Shown: piece by piece, positions 1 to 13,500 of the stretch
Layout: each line of letters opens with the position of its first letter
Numbering within the stretch: position 1 is the stretch's first letter
Origin: Paragordius varius
Taxonomy: Eukaryota > Animalia > Nematomorpha
Length of the DNA: 64,000 bases
Direction of reading: 5' to 3'
Assembly: GCA_964247055.1 (NCBI GenBank)
Contig: OZ176052.1
Coordinates: forward strand, 5,580,001-5,644,000
Program-made: the position numbers and the translations under genes
The notes under the pieces: generated by a model
Databases searched by the model: none
Told to the model about the DNA's origin: nothing
Seen by the model: only the letters and a program-made list of their open reading frames with translations

Positions 1-303
1 TAACTCACAAAATTAAGTATTATCTATTTTTTTTGTAAAATTTATAAGTAAAAAATGTTATTTTGAGATCGTTAAAATCCATGAAATAAGATTATTAACG
101 AAAATTAACTGATAATTAACTCAAAGGATAAAATTAAAGACTTGACTGTAAATACAGATATATATATATGCCCTGCGTCAATAGTAATCGCATTAGTTTT
201 GCGCTTTTTACTCTTCTGTACGACACAACTATCTGGGGTAAATGAATTCTGAAAGAACTATAATCTTTTGTAACCATTTTTATATATTGTACAAATATTT
301 TAG

Positions 304-486
304 GGAGATTCTGGTGGACCCTTAATATACAAGGATGAAGAGAGCAGAGGAAATATTTATACACAAATCGCAATATCGTCATGGGGTTATAACTGTGCAG
401 AAGCCAATAAGCCCGGAGTATACACGTGTGTTGCAAATTTCTTTCCATGGATAAATAAGCATATTAAAGCAGAGATTAAGGATTGA
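304..486 (+). CDS. Last coding exon of a trypsin-family (S1) serine protease; upstream exons not resolved
   Basis: After the acceptor AG at 302-303 the frame reads GDSGGPLIYKDEESRGNIYTQIAISSWGYNCAEANKPGVYTCVANFFPWINKHIKAEIKD*. This has the catalytic-Ser motif GDSGGP, the SWGxxC motif and the PGVYT motif. The listed minus-strand ORF 134-448 is its antisense shadow. Confidence 0.9.
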   Translation, partial: GDSGGPLIYKDEESRGNIYTQIAISSWGYNCAEANKPGVYTCVANFFPWINKHIKAEIKD

Positions 487-1669
487 AACAATGGAAAGAA
501 TATTATTTTATTTTTGATATTTATTGGAAAGATTCGATAATAATAAAGGCAGAATGGAATATATTTTAATTATATTTTAAAATTTTGAGTTTATAGAAAG
601 ATTACTGATTTCCTTTAAATTTTATATATTATTAAATATCTGGCAAATATACTAATAGTTTGCGTTATTGCTATAGGAAAGTATTTTCATGGAGCAGAGC
701 AATGTAAAAGTATAAAAATAATTAATTTAAAGACACTTATACCTCACTTTGATTATTTCTATATAAGCTTTATTTATTTTTTTATCATAGTGTGTGTCAT
801 CAATTTATATTTCTAATCCTTTATCTAAAAGGAATGTCACAATTAAAAAAATCAAGTTTTTTATAATATGAGTGAAAAAAGTTTTCTCTTTATATTTTTA
901 CATTTTGTCTGTAAAATATCAATTTAATGTGTATCCACAATCATGTAAAGTAACCCTGTAATAAAACTAGGATATTTAAAACTTCATGTTTCATTTTTTT
1001 GTCCGCGCTGACCTATTGGTTTTCCTGGGCTTAATAATGTAAACTACTGCTTTAAAAGTAGTTTAGGTTAAAATTCAATTTTTTTAACATTGTCTCCTAT
1101 ATTCAATAAAAAAACCTTATATTTTTAACATGTTGTAGAGTCAATTGAGACAGCTCAATAACATGATTTAAATAAACAACTGATTTTAAAATTACTAAAT
1201 ATCAAGTTTTTGCTAATAAATGTTTTTCAAGCTTACTAAAGTTAATTATGCATTTTCTAACCATCTTATACATTTATTTGTTAATTGTATTGATTTGAAA
1301 AATTTGAAGGAAAAAATGGCGGCGTAAAAATCTGTGATTATAATTTTTGCAATATTACATTTTTTAAGAAATTTTTAAAGCATGTATGTGCCTTTAAGTG
1401 CTAAAGATAGCATATTTTTAAATTCGGCCTAATACCTTTATATTTTTAAGATTGTCAAATAAATCGCTCCAGGATATACAACTACCCCTAAAAGGTCATG
1501 AAGTGTTAAATAAGAAAAAAAGAAAAAAAAGTAGCGTTGAGAATTTAGTTCGGTTTCAAGTATTGGTATTATACTCCATAATAATGTTTTTAAAATAAAG
1601 AGCACCCATAAATTAATTCATTGCACTTTTTCGAATTGATATATAAGGCACTAATTTTTTTAGATTAAC

Positions 1670-2760
1670 GGCGCACACCAAAAAATATGTTCTGAATCAT
1701 ATATCATTCGATTGCTAGCTTTAGAATAATAATAGACAAATTATAAATGCGGTTAAAATACCAAAAAAATGCTATAGTTTATCAACTAATAGCAAAAATA
1801 AAATCACACTTTTATCGCACATTATGCCAAATAAAACTTTCATTTGAGGAAATGCAAACTTATTTAATTTGTTAATATATATATACAATAAAAATAATTC
1901 CAAATCCAAAATAATATCGATAAAGATTTTACAATTTTTCGGATGGTTCTTAAAGACATACAAGAATGAAAGAAAAATTGAACTTTGCCATTACATTTAA
2001 ATCGCGATTGCTATAATGCGGTAAAAGATTTAATTTTTATTTTAACCAACATATTTGCAATAAATTACCATTATATGGTTTTAATAATATGATGAAAGTC
2101 TTATATATAAAAGAAATTTTTTGATTTTTGCACCAAAGCTGAAGGAGTTTATAATTTTACAAATATATTATGTATATACCATTTGTATCCAATTCGATGC
2201 AATCAGTTTTTTGTAGTTTTACTCGAAAACTCTGATTGAATTTTAGTGGCATTTTGGCTATTGATCCCATCTCTTAGGGATGAAAATTCCATCAAAAAAC
2301 TATGCTGATATATCTTTTTTCTGCATCGAATTATGTCGGAAAATATTTATATATTGGATGTTTTGTAAAAATTATAGGCTTTCGCTTTGGTTCACAAAAA
2401 ATATTTTTATAATAGATAAATGTGATTTTTATACGCAAAATATTGGTTAAAATCTATATGTAGTAAGGATGAGTTACCAGGAGGGATATTTAGCTTTAAT
2501 TCTTGGTGTTTCTTGGACTTTTTGAAAATTTCAAAATCTTGAATAAAATTTTGGGCATAAGATTATTGTTTTAAAGATTAACAATGAAATCTAGTTTCTC
2601 CTCAATCGATTACACCTATTGCAATAAATATGCCATTTTAAATTTTGGCGAATAGCAGAAAAATCTAAATAATTTTTTTTCGAGTGTTTTTATCGCATTT
2701 ATGATTTCGATATTCATTATCATGGAGCTCTTAGCTATCGAATAATACGTTTGGTGCGCA
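1670..2760. repeat. Degenerate inverted-repeat (MITE-like) remnant
   Basis: GCGCACACCAAA...CATTCGATTGCTAGC near 1670-1720 is mirrored by GCTATCGAATAATACGTTTGGTGCGC near 2735-2760; the interior also contains a smaller inverted pair at about 2110-2410. Confidence 0.35.
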
Positions 2761-3574
2761 ACGTGTAATATGACAACCATACGATTTAAAAGATGCCTGA
2801 TTTATTAAGTAGGACCTAGAGAAATTTGGCTATAACTTAAGACCAGATCAAATGGCTAAAACTAGACATATAAAGGTGATATAATTTTGTTTATTGCCTA
2901 AATCTTCAAATTTTGTATGATAAAATGATGATACCTAAAAACATATGCCTTTGAGTTTGAAACATTTATGCGATGCAAAATGCTCAAAAGGTATAAGAGA
3001 ATTATAGCTAATTAATGTCGCGGGTTGGCGGTACAAAGTAATTTAAATTCTTACATTTAGTCTATAAGCTAGATGTTTAAGCAAAAATGTAAATTATTTT
3101 AATCCTCATTTTTTATATTTTGGGTGATATAAAAGATTTGCATGGATTTTATTTGATCTTTTTTTAGACCAAAATAACAGAAAAATATTTATTCGGAAAG
3201 ATACATATTTAACTAAGCGATATTATATGATCACTGTTTCATATTTTATAACCAAAAATCTATTACTATCCATTAACTTAATATATTTTTTATTATTCAA
3301 CAATCGTTTACAAATTCTAATCATCGTTAATTAAAAAACTGTTTATACTATACGTAATTATCACGTTCTAAATATAATCATATCTAAACATTATATAGTA
3401 TAATCCGTAAAATTCGTGGTAAAGGTATATTTTAACCATGTGTGGGACAATATACACTTATATAAGGTAATTTTATTTATATACGAGACTTTTAGCAAAT
3501 TGTGGACACATTCGCTTCTAAACAGAAATAGGAGTTCATATAAATATTAAGTTTAATCCTATATGCTTTAAAAC

Positions 3575-3870
3575 CGATGCGGTCCTCCGAGAATTTATGT
3601 GCGGCCCGCGAAAAATCTGGATATCTATATTTTGTAAAAATATGCTAATATAATTTTAGTAAAATCAACATTTCTTAAAAAAATTCTAAATTCGTCTATT
3701 CATTTGACAAGGACTAGAAAAAATTATGATAATGTGTTTGCATCTTACAGTTTTAAATTTGAAAGCTATATAAATATAAGTGAATATCCATATATATATT
3801 TTGATGTGGCCCGCCGTTTTTGAGTTAAATATGCGGCGCGTAAAGTCATCTGTGTTGGACCACCCTGCTT
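3575..3870. mobile_element. Non-autonomous hAT-like MITE remnant
   Basis: GC-rich GCGGCCCGCG and GTGGCCCG motifs with the terminus GTTGGACCACCCTG, resembling hAT MITE ends. Related fragments lie at about 37140-37320 and 37960-38000 (GTTGGACACAGCTG). Confidence 0.4.
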
Positions 3871-4585
3871 AATGTTTTTTAATATATTCGGTCATATTTT
3901 TGAAATACTTTAAATTTTTTTATTTATATAATATGATCGAAGTACTATTCAAATTATTGGTTAACATTTTATATAAATAAAAATTTAAAGGTATATTTTA
4001 TGATTAAATACTATAAAAAATGGAAATTTAATTTTATTGGTGCTGATTTGCAATATGTTTTTGAATAAAATAAAGTGTCAGATTCGTCTAAAATTTTCTA
4101 ACTGATACCAAATCATTAGAAGAATTTTTAAATGGGATTTAATCAGATGGGATGTCCCCAATGGTGTGAATAAATTATTAATATTTTATAATAAAGTTAT
4201 ATTTATAAAATATTTCATAATTTTAATTTGTATCTTTATTAATTTTATTTTTGTGTTGATCTCAAATAGAGGAATCTAACGAAAATTCATTATTAAATTT
4301 ATTATTAATTTTACTGATATTACATCATAATTTTCTAAAATAAGAAAGTATTTCTAGAAACAATACTGTTTGAAAAAAAACAAATTCATTAAATATATAC
4401 TATGTTGTATCTCTTGATGCAGTAGTCATACAAAATAAATATTACCTTAATTGATATTAAATCCGGCTATATTTTTTGAATTTTAGTTTAAAGTTTGATG
4501 ATGTTTATAAATAAATTTTTTTTTACATGAGGCTTATAGGGGGCGTACATTAGAAAACGAAAAAATCAAACAGAATTAAATTTTT

Positions 4586-7500
4586 AAAACGGATGAATTG
4601 GAAAAAGGGAATTGGATGTGAAGAAGGATGAAACTTGGAAGAAACGATTGGATATGAAGAAGGGTGAAACTTTAGAAGAAACGGATGAAGAGGATATGAA
4701 GAAGGGTGAAACTTAGAGGAAACGGATGAAGAGGATATGAAGAAGGGGAAAACTTTAGAAGAAACGGATAAAGAGGATATGAAGAAGGGGAAAACTTTAG
4801 AAGAAACGGATAAAAAGGATATGAAGAAGGGGAAAACTTTAGAAGAAACGGATAAAGAGGATATGAAAAAGGGTGAAACTTAGAGGAAACGGATGAAGAG
4901 GATATGAAGAAGGGGAAAACTTTAGAAGAAACGGATGAAGAGGATATGAAGAAGGGGAAAACTTAGAAGAAACGGATAAAGAGGATATGAAGAAGGGGAA
5001 AACTTTAGAAGAAACGGATGAAGAGGATATGAAGAAGGGTGAAACTTAGAGGAAACGGATGAAGAGGATATGAAGAAGGGGAAAACTTTAGAAGAAACGG
5101 ATAAAGAGGATATGAAGAAGGGGAAAACTTTAGAAGAAACGGATGAAGAGGATATGAAGAAGGGTGAAACTTAGAGGAAACGGATGAAGAGGATATGAAG
5201 AAGGGGAAAACTTTAGAAGAAACGGATGAAGAGGATATGAAGAAGGGTGAAACTTAGAGGAAACGGATGAAGAGGATATGAAGAAGGGGAAAACTTTAGA
5301 AGAAACGGATAAAGAGGATATGAAGAAGGGGAAAACTTTAGAAGAAACGGATGAAGAGGATATGAAGAAGGGTGAAACTTAGAGGAAACGGATGAATAGG
5401 ATATGAAGAATGATGAAACTTTAGAAGAAACGGATGAAGAGGATATGAAGAAGGGAAAAACTTTAGAAGAAACGGATGAAGAGGATATGAAGAAGGGGAA
5501 AACTTTAGAAGAAACGGATGAAGAGGATATGAAGAAGGGTGAAACTTAGAGGAAACGGATGAAGAGGATATGAAGAAGGGGAAAACTTTAGAAGAAACGG
5601 ATAAAGAGGATATGAAGAAGGGGAAAACTTTAGAAGAAACGGATGAAGAGGATATGAAGAAGGGTGAAACTTAGAGGAAACGGATGAAGAGGATATGAAG
5701 AAGGGGAAAACTTTAGAAGAAACGGATGAAGAGGATATGAAGAAGGGTGAAACTTAGAGGAAACGGATGAAGAGGATATGAAGAAGGGGAAAACTTTAGA
5801 AGAAACGGATGAAGAGGATATGAAGAAGGGTGAAACTTAGAGGAAACGGATGAATAGGATATGAAGAATGATGAAACTTTAGAAGAAACGGATGAAGAGG
5901 ATATGAAGAAGGGAAAAACTTTAGAAGAAACGGATGAAGAGGATATGAAGAAGGGGAAAACTTTAGAAGAAACGGATGAAGAGGATATGAAGAAGGGTGA
6001 AACTTAGAGGAAACGGATGAAGAGGATATGAAGAAGGGGAAAACTTTAGAAGAAACGGATAAAGAGGATATGAAGAAGGGGAAAACTTTAGAAGAAACGG
6101 ATGAAGAGGATATGAAGAAGGGTGAAACTTAGAGGAAACGGATGAAGAGGATATGAAGAAGGGGAAAACTTTAGAAGAAACGGATGAGGAGGATATGAAG
6201 AAGGGTGAAACTTAGAGGAAACGGATGAAGAGGATATGAAGAAGGGGAAAACTTTAGAAGAAACGGATAAAGAGGATATGAAGAAGGGGAAAACTTTAGA
6301 AGAAACGGATGAAGAGGATATGAAGAAGGGTGAAACTTAGAGGAAACGGATGAATAGGATATGAAGAATGATGAAACTTTAGAAGAAACGGATGAAGAGG
6401 ATATGAAGAAGGGGAAAACTTTAGAAGAAACGGATGAAGAGGATATGAAGAAGGGGAAAACTTTAGAAGAAACGGATAAAGAGGATATGAAGAAGGGGAA
6501 AACTTTAGAAGAAACGGATGAAGAGGATATGAAGAAGGGGAAAACTTTAGAAGAAACGGATAAAGAGGATATGAAGAAGGGGAAAACTTTAGAAGAAACG
6601 GATAAAAAGGATATGAAGAAGGGGAAAACTTTAGAAGAAACGGATAAAGAGGATATGAAAAAGGGTGAAACTTAGAGGAAACGGATGAAGAGGATATGAA
6701 GAAGGGGAAAACTTTAGAAGAAACGGATGAAGAGGATATGAAGAAGGGGAAAACTTAGAAGAAACGGATAAAGAGGATATGAAGAAGGGGAAAACTTTAG
6801 AAGAAACGGATGAAGAGGATATGAAGAAGGGGAAAACTTTAGAAGAAACGGATAAAGAGGATATGAAGAAGGGGAAAACTTTAGAAGAAACGGATGAAGA
6901 GGATATGAAGAAGGGGAAAACTTTAGAAGAAACGGATAAAGAGGATATGAAGAAGGGTGAAACTTAGAGGAAACGGATGAAGAGGATATGAAGAAGGGGA
7001 AAACTTTAGAAGAAACGGATAAAGAGGATATGAAGAAGGGGAAAACTTTAGAAGAAACGGATGAAGAGGATATGAAGAAGGGTGAAACTTAGAGGAAACG
7101 GATGAAGAGGATATGAAGAAGGGGAAAACTTTAGAAGAAACGGATGAGGAGGATATGAAGAAGGGTGAAACTTAGAGGAAACGGATGAAGAGGATATGAA
7201 GAAGGGGAAAACTTTAGAAGAAACGGATAAAGAGGATATGAAGAAGGGGAAAACTTTAGAAGAAACGGATGAAGAGGATATGAAGAAGGGTGAAACTTAG
7301 AGGAAACGGATGAATAGGATATGAAGAATGATGAAACTTTAGAAGAAACGGATGAAGAGGATATGAAGAAGGGGAAAACTTTAGAAGAAACGGATGAAGA
7401 GGATATGAAGAAGGGGAAAACTTTAGAAGAAACGGATAAAGAGGATATGAAGAAGGGGAAAACTTTAGAAGAAACGGATAAAAAGGATATGAAGAAGGGG

Positions 7501-10500
7501 AAAACTTTAGAAGAAACGGATAAAGAGGATATGAAAAAGGGTGAAACTTAGAGGAAACGGATGAAGAGGATATGAAGAAGGGGAAAACTTTAGAAGAAAC
7601 GGATGAAGAGGATATGAAGAAGGGGAAAACTTAGAAGAAACGGATAAAGAGGATATGAAGAAGGGGAAAACTTTAGAAGAAACGGATGAAGAGGATATGA
7701 AGAAGGGGAAAACTTTAGAAGAAACGGATAAAGAGGATATGAAGAAGGGGAAAACTTTAGAAGAAACGGATGAAGAGGATATGAAGAAGGGGAAAACTTT
7801 AGAAGAAACGGATAAAGAGGATATGAAGAAGGGGAAAACTTTAGAAGAAACGGATGAAGAGGATATGAAGAAGGGGAAAACTTTAGAAGAAACGGATGAA
7901 GAGGATATGAAGAAGGGTGAAACTTAGAGGAAACGGATGAGGAGGATATGAAGAAGGGTGAAACTTAGAGGAAACGGATGAAGAGGATATGAAGAAGGGG
8001 AAAACTTTAGAAGAAACGGATGAAGAGGATATGAAGAAGGGTGAAACTTAGAGGAAACGGATGAAGAGGATATGAAGAAGGGGAAAACTTTAGAAGAAAC
8101 GGATAAAGAGGATATGAAGAAGGGGAAAACTATAGAAGAAACGGATGAAGAGGATATGAAGAAGGGTGAAACTTAGAGGAAACGGATGAAGAGGATATGA
8201 AGAAGGGGAAAACTTTAGAAGAAACGGATGAAGAGGATATGAAGAAGGGGAAAACTTTAGAAGAAACGGATAAAGAGGATATGAAGAAGGGGAAAACTTT
8301 TAGAAGAAACGGATGAAGAGGATATGAAGAAGGGGAAAACTTTAGAAGAAACGGATGAAGAGGATATGAAGAAGGGTGAAACTTAGAGGAAACGGATGAG
8401 GAGGATATGAAGAAGGGTGAAACTTAGAGGAAACGGATGAAGAGGATATGAAGAAGGGGAAAACTTTAGAAGAAACGGATGAAGAGGATATGAAGAAGGG
8501 TGAAACTTAGAGGAAACGGATGAGGAGGATATGAAGAAGGGTGAAACTTAGAGGAAACGGATGAAGAGGATATGAAGAAGGGGAAAACTTTAGAAGAAAC
8601 GGATAAAGAGGATATGAAGAAGGGGAAAACTTTAGAAGAAACGGATGAAGAGGATATGAAGAAGGGTGAAGAGGAAACGGATGAATAGGATATGAAGAAT
8701 GATGAAACTTTAGAAGAAACGGATGAAGAGGATATGAAGAAGGGGAAAACTTTAGAAGAAACGGATGAAGAGGATATGAAGAAGGGGAAAACTTTAGAAG
8801 AAACGGATGAAGAGGATATGAAGAAGGGTGAAACTTAGAGGAAACGGATGAAGAGGATATGAAGAAGGGGAAAACTTTAGAAGAAACGGATAAAGAGGAT
8901 ATGAAGAAGGGGAAAACTTTAGGAGAAACGGATGAAGAGGATATGAAGAAGGGTGAAACTTAGAGGAAACGGATGAAGAGGATATGAAGAAGGGGAAAAC
9001 TTTAGAAGAAACGGATGAGGAGGATATGAAGAAGGGTGAAACTTAGAGGAAACGGATGAAGAGGATATGAAGAAGGGGAAAACTTTAGAAGAAACGGATA
9101 AAGAGGATATGAAGAAGGGGAAAACTTTAGAAGAAACGGATGAAGAGGATATGAAGAAGGGTGAAACTTAGAGGAAACGGATGAATAGGATATGAAGAAT
9201 GATGAAACTTTAGAAGAAACGGATGAAGAGGATATGAAGAAGGGGAAAACTTTAGAAGAAACGGATGAAGAGGATATGAAGAAGGGGAAAACTTTAGAAG
9301 AAACGGATAAAGAGGATATGAAGAAGGGGAAAACTTTAGAAGAAACGGATGAAGAGGATATGAAGAAGGGGAAAACTTTAGAAGAAACGGATAAAGAGGA
9401 TATGAAGAAGGGGAAAACTTTAGAAGAAACGGATGAAGAGGATATGAAGAAGGGTGAAACTTAGAGGAAACGGATGAAGAGGATATGAAGAAGGGGAAAA
9501 CTTTAGAAGAAACGGATGAAGAGGATATGAAGAAGGGGAAAACTTTAGAAGAAACGGATAAAGAGGATATGAAGAAGGGGAAAACTTTAGAAGAAACGGA
9601 TGAAGAGGATATGAAGAAGGGGAAAACTTTAGAAGAAACGGATGAAGAGGATATGAAGAAGGGTGAAACTTAGAGGAAACGGATGAGGAGGATATGAAGA
9701 AGGGTGAAACTTAGAGGAAACGGATGAAGAGGATATGAAGAAGGGGAAAACTTTAGAAGAAACGGATGAAGAGGATATGAAGAAGGGTGAAACTTAGAGG
9801 AAACTAATGAAGAGGATATGAAGAAGGGGAAAACTTTAGAAGAAACGGATAAAGAGGATATGAAGAAGGGGAAAACTTTAGAAGAAACGGATGAAGAGGA
9901 TATGAAGAAGGGGAAAACTTTAGAAGAAACGGATGAAGAGGATATGAAGAAGGGTGAAACTTAGAGGAAACGGATGAGGAGGATATGAAGAAGGGTGAAA
10001 CTTAGAGGAAACGGATGAAGAGGATATGAAGAATGGTGAAACTTAAGAAGAAACGGACGAAGAGGATATGAAGAATGGTGAAACTTAAGAAGAAACGGAT
10101 GAAGAGGATATGAAGAATGGTGAAACTTTAGAAGAAACGGATGAAGAGGATATGAAGAATGGTGAAACTTTAGAAGAAACGGATGAAGAGGATATGAAGA
10201 ATGGTGAAACTTAAGAAGAAACGGACGAAGAGGATATGAAGAATGGTGAAACTTAAGAAGAAACGGACGAAGAGGATATGAAGAAGGGTGAAACTTAAGA
10301 AGAAACGGACGAAGAGGATATGAAGAAGGGTGAAACTTAGAGGAAACGGATGAAGAGGATATGAAGAAGGGGAAAACTTTAGAAGAAACGGATAAAGAGG
10401 ATATGAAGAAGGGGAAAACTTTAGAAGAAACGGATAAAGAGGATATGAAGAAGGGTGAAACTTAGAGGAAACGGATGAAGAGGATATGAAGAAGGGTGAA

Positions 10501-13500
10501 ACTTTAGAAGAAACGGTTGAAGAGGATATGAAGAAGAGTGAAACTTAGAGGAAACGGATGAAGAGGATATGAAGAAGGGGAAAACTTTAGAAGAAACGGA
10601 TGAAGAGGATATGAAGAAGGGGAAAACTTTAGAAGAAACGGATAAAGATAATATGAAGAAGGGGAAAACTTTAGAAGAAACGGATAAAAAGGATATGAAG
10701 AAGGGTGAAACTTTGGAAGAAACGGATGAAGAGGATATGAAGAATGGTGAAACTTTAGCAGAAACGGATGAAGAGGATATGAAGAAGGGTGAAACTTACA
10801 GGAAACGGATGAGGAGGATATGAAGAAGGGTGAAACTTAGAGGAAACGGATGAGGAGGATATGAAGAAGGGGAAAACTTTAGAAGAAACGGACGAAGAGG
10901 ATATGAAGAAGGGTGAAACTTTAGAAGAAACGGATGAAGGGGATATGAAGAATGGTGAAACTTAAGAAGAAACGGATGAAGAGGATATGAAGAATGGTGA
11001 AACTTAAGAAGAAACGGATGGAGAGGATATGAAGAATGGTGAAACTTAAGAAGAAACGGACGAAGAGGATATGAAGAAGGGTGAAACTTAGAGGAAACGG
11101 ATGAAGAGGATATGAAGAAGGGGAAAACTTTAGAAGAAACGGATAAAGAGGATATGAAGAAGGGGAAAACTTTAGGAGAAACGGATAAAAAGGATATGAA
11201 AAAGGGGAAAACTTTAGAGGAAACGGATGAAGAGGATATGAAGAAGGGGAAAACTTTAGAAGAAACGGATAAAGAGGATATGAAAAAGGGGAAAACTTTA
11301 GAAGAAACGGATGAAGAGGATATGAAGAAGGGGAAAACTTTAGAAGAAACGGATAAAAAGGATATGAAGAAGGGTGAAACTTTGGAAGAAACGGATGAAG
11401 AGGATATGAAGAATGGTGAAAACTTTAGAAGAAACGGACGAAGAGGATATGAAGAAGGGTGAAACTTTAGAAGAAACGGATGAAGGGGATATGAAGAATG
11501 GTGAAACTTAAGAAGAAACGGATGAAGAGGATATGAAGAATGGTGAAACTTAAGAAGAAACGGATGGAGAGGATATGAAGAATGGTGAAACTTAAGAAGA
11601 AACGGACGAAGAGGATATGAAGAAGGGTGAAACTTAGAGGAAACGGATGAAGAGGATATGAAGAAGGGGAAAACTTTAGAAGAAACGGATAAAGAGGATA
11701 TGAAGAAGGGGAAAACTTTAGGAGAAACGGATAAAAAGGATATGAAAAAGGGGAAAACTTTAGAGGAAACGGATAAAAAGGATATGAAGAAGGGTGAAAC
11801 TTTGGAAGAAACGGATGAAGAGGATATGAAGAATGGTGAAACTTTAGCAGAAACGGATGAAGAGGATATGAAGAATGGTGAAACTTAAGAAGAAACGGAC
11901 GAAGAGGATATGAAGAATGGTGAAACTTAAGAAGAAACGGATGAAGAGGATATGAAGAATGGTGAAACTTTAGAAGAAACGGATGAAGAGGATATGAAGA
12001 ATGGTGAAACTTTAGAAGAAACGGATGAAGAGGATATGAAGAATGGTGAAACTTAAGAAGAAACGGACGAAGAGGATATGAAGAATGGTGAAACTTAAGA
12101 AGAAACGGACGAAGAGGATATGAAGAAGGGTGAAACTTAAGAAGAAACGGACGAAGAGGATATGAAGAAGGGTGAAACTTAGAGGAAACGGATGAAGAGG
12201 ATATGAAGAAGGGGAAAACTTTAGAAGAAACGGATAAAGAGGATATGAAGAAGGGGAAAACTTTAGAAGAAACGGATAAAGAGGATATGAAGAAGGGTGA
12301 AACTTAGAGGAAACGGATGAAGAGGATATGAAGAAGGGTGAAACTTTAGAAGAAACGGTTGAAGAGGATATGAAGAAGAGTGAAACTTAGAGGAAACGGA
12401 TGAAGAGGATATGAAGAAGGGGAAAACTTTAGAAGAAACGGATGAAGAGGATATGAAGAAGGGGAAAACTTTAGAAGAAACGGATAAAGATAATATGAAG
12501 AAGGGGAAAACTTTAGAAGAAACGGATAAAAAGGATATGAAGAAGGGTGAAACTTTGGAAGAAACGGATGAAGAGGATATGAAGAATGGTGAAACTTTAG
12601 CAGAAACGGATGAAGAGGATATGAAGAAGGGTGAAACTTACAGGAAACGGATGAGGAGGATATGAAGAAGGGTGAAACTTAGAGGAAACGGATGAGGAGG
12701 ATATGAAGAAGGGGAAAACTTTAGAAGAAACGGACGAAGAGGATATGAAGAAGGGTGAAACTTTAGAAGAAACGGATGAAGGGGATATGAAGAATGGTGA
12801 AACTTAAGAAGAAACGGATGAAGAGGATATGAAGAATGGTGAAACTTAAGAAGAAACGGATGGAGAGGATATGAAGAATGGTGAAACTTAAGAAGAAACG
12901 GACGAAGAGGATATGAAGAAGGGTGAAACTTAGAGGAAACGGATGAAGAGGATATGAAGAAGGGGAAAACTTTAGAAGAAACGGATAAAGAGGATATGAA
13001 GAAGGGGAAAACTTTAGGAGAAACGGATAAAAAGGATATGAAAAAGGGGAAAACTTTAGAGGAAACGGATGAAGAGGATATGAAGAAGGGGAAAACTTTA
13101 GAAGAAACGGATAAAGAGGATATGAAAAAGGGGAAAACTTTAGAAGAAACGGATGAAGAGGATATGAAGAAGGGGAAAACTTTAGAAGAAACGGATAAAA
13201 AGGATATGAAGAAGGGTGAAACTTTGGAAGAAACGGATGAAGAGGATATGAAGAATGGTGAAACTTTAGCAGAAACGGATGAAGAGGATATGAAGAAGGG
13301 TGAAACTTAGAGGAAACGGATGAGGAGGATATGAAGAAGGGGAAAACTTTAGAAGAAACGGACGAAGAGGATATGAAGAAGGGTGAAACTTTAGAAGAAA
13401 CGGATGAAGAGGATATGAAGAATGGTAAAACTTAAGAAGAAACGGATGAAGAGGATATGAAAAAGGGGAAAACTTTAGAAGAAACGGATGAAGAGGATAT

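Noticed and set aside
158-237. Candidate penultimate exon of the serine protease (donor at 238)
   Set aside because: No frame gave a convincing xDxCQ motif in phase with GDSGGP; left unresolved.
134-448. Minus-strand 104-aa ORF
   Set aside because: Antisense to the serine-protease exon.
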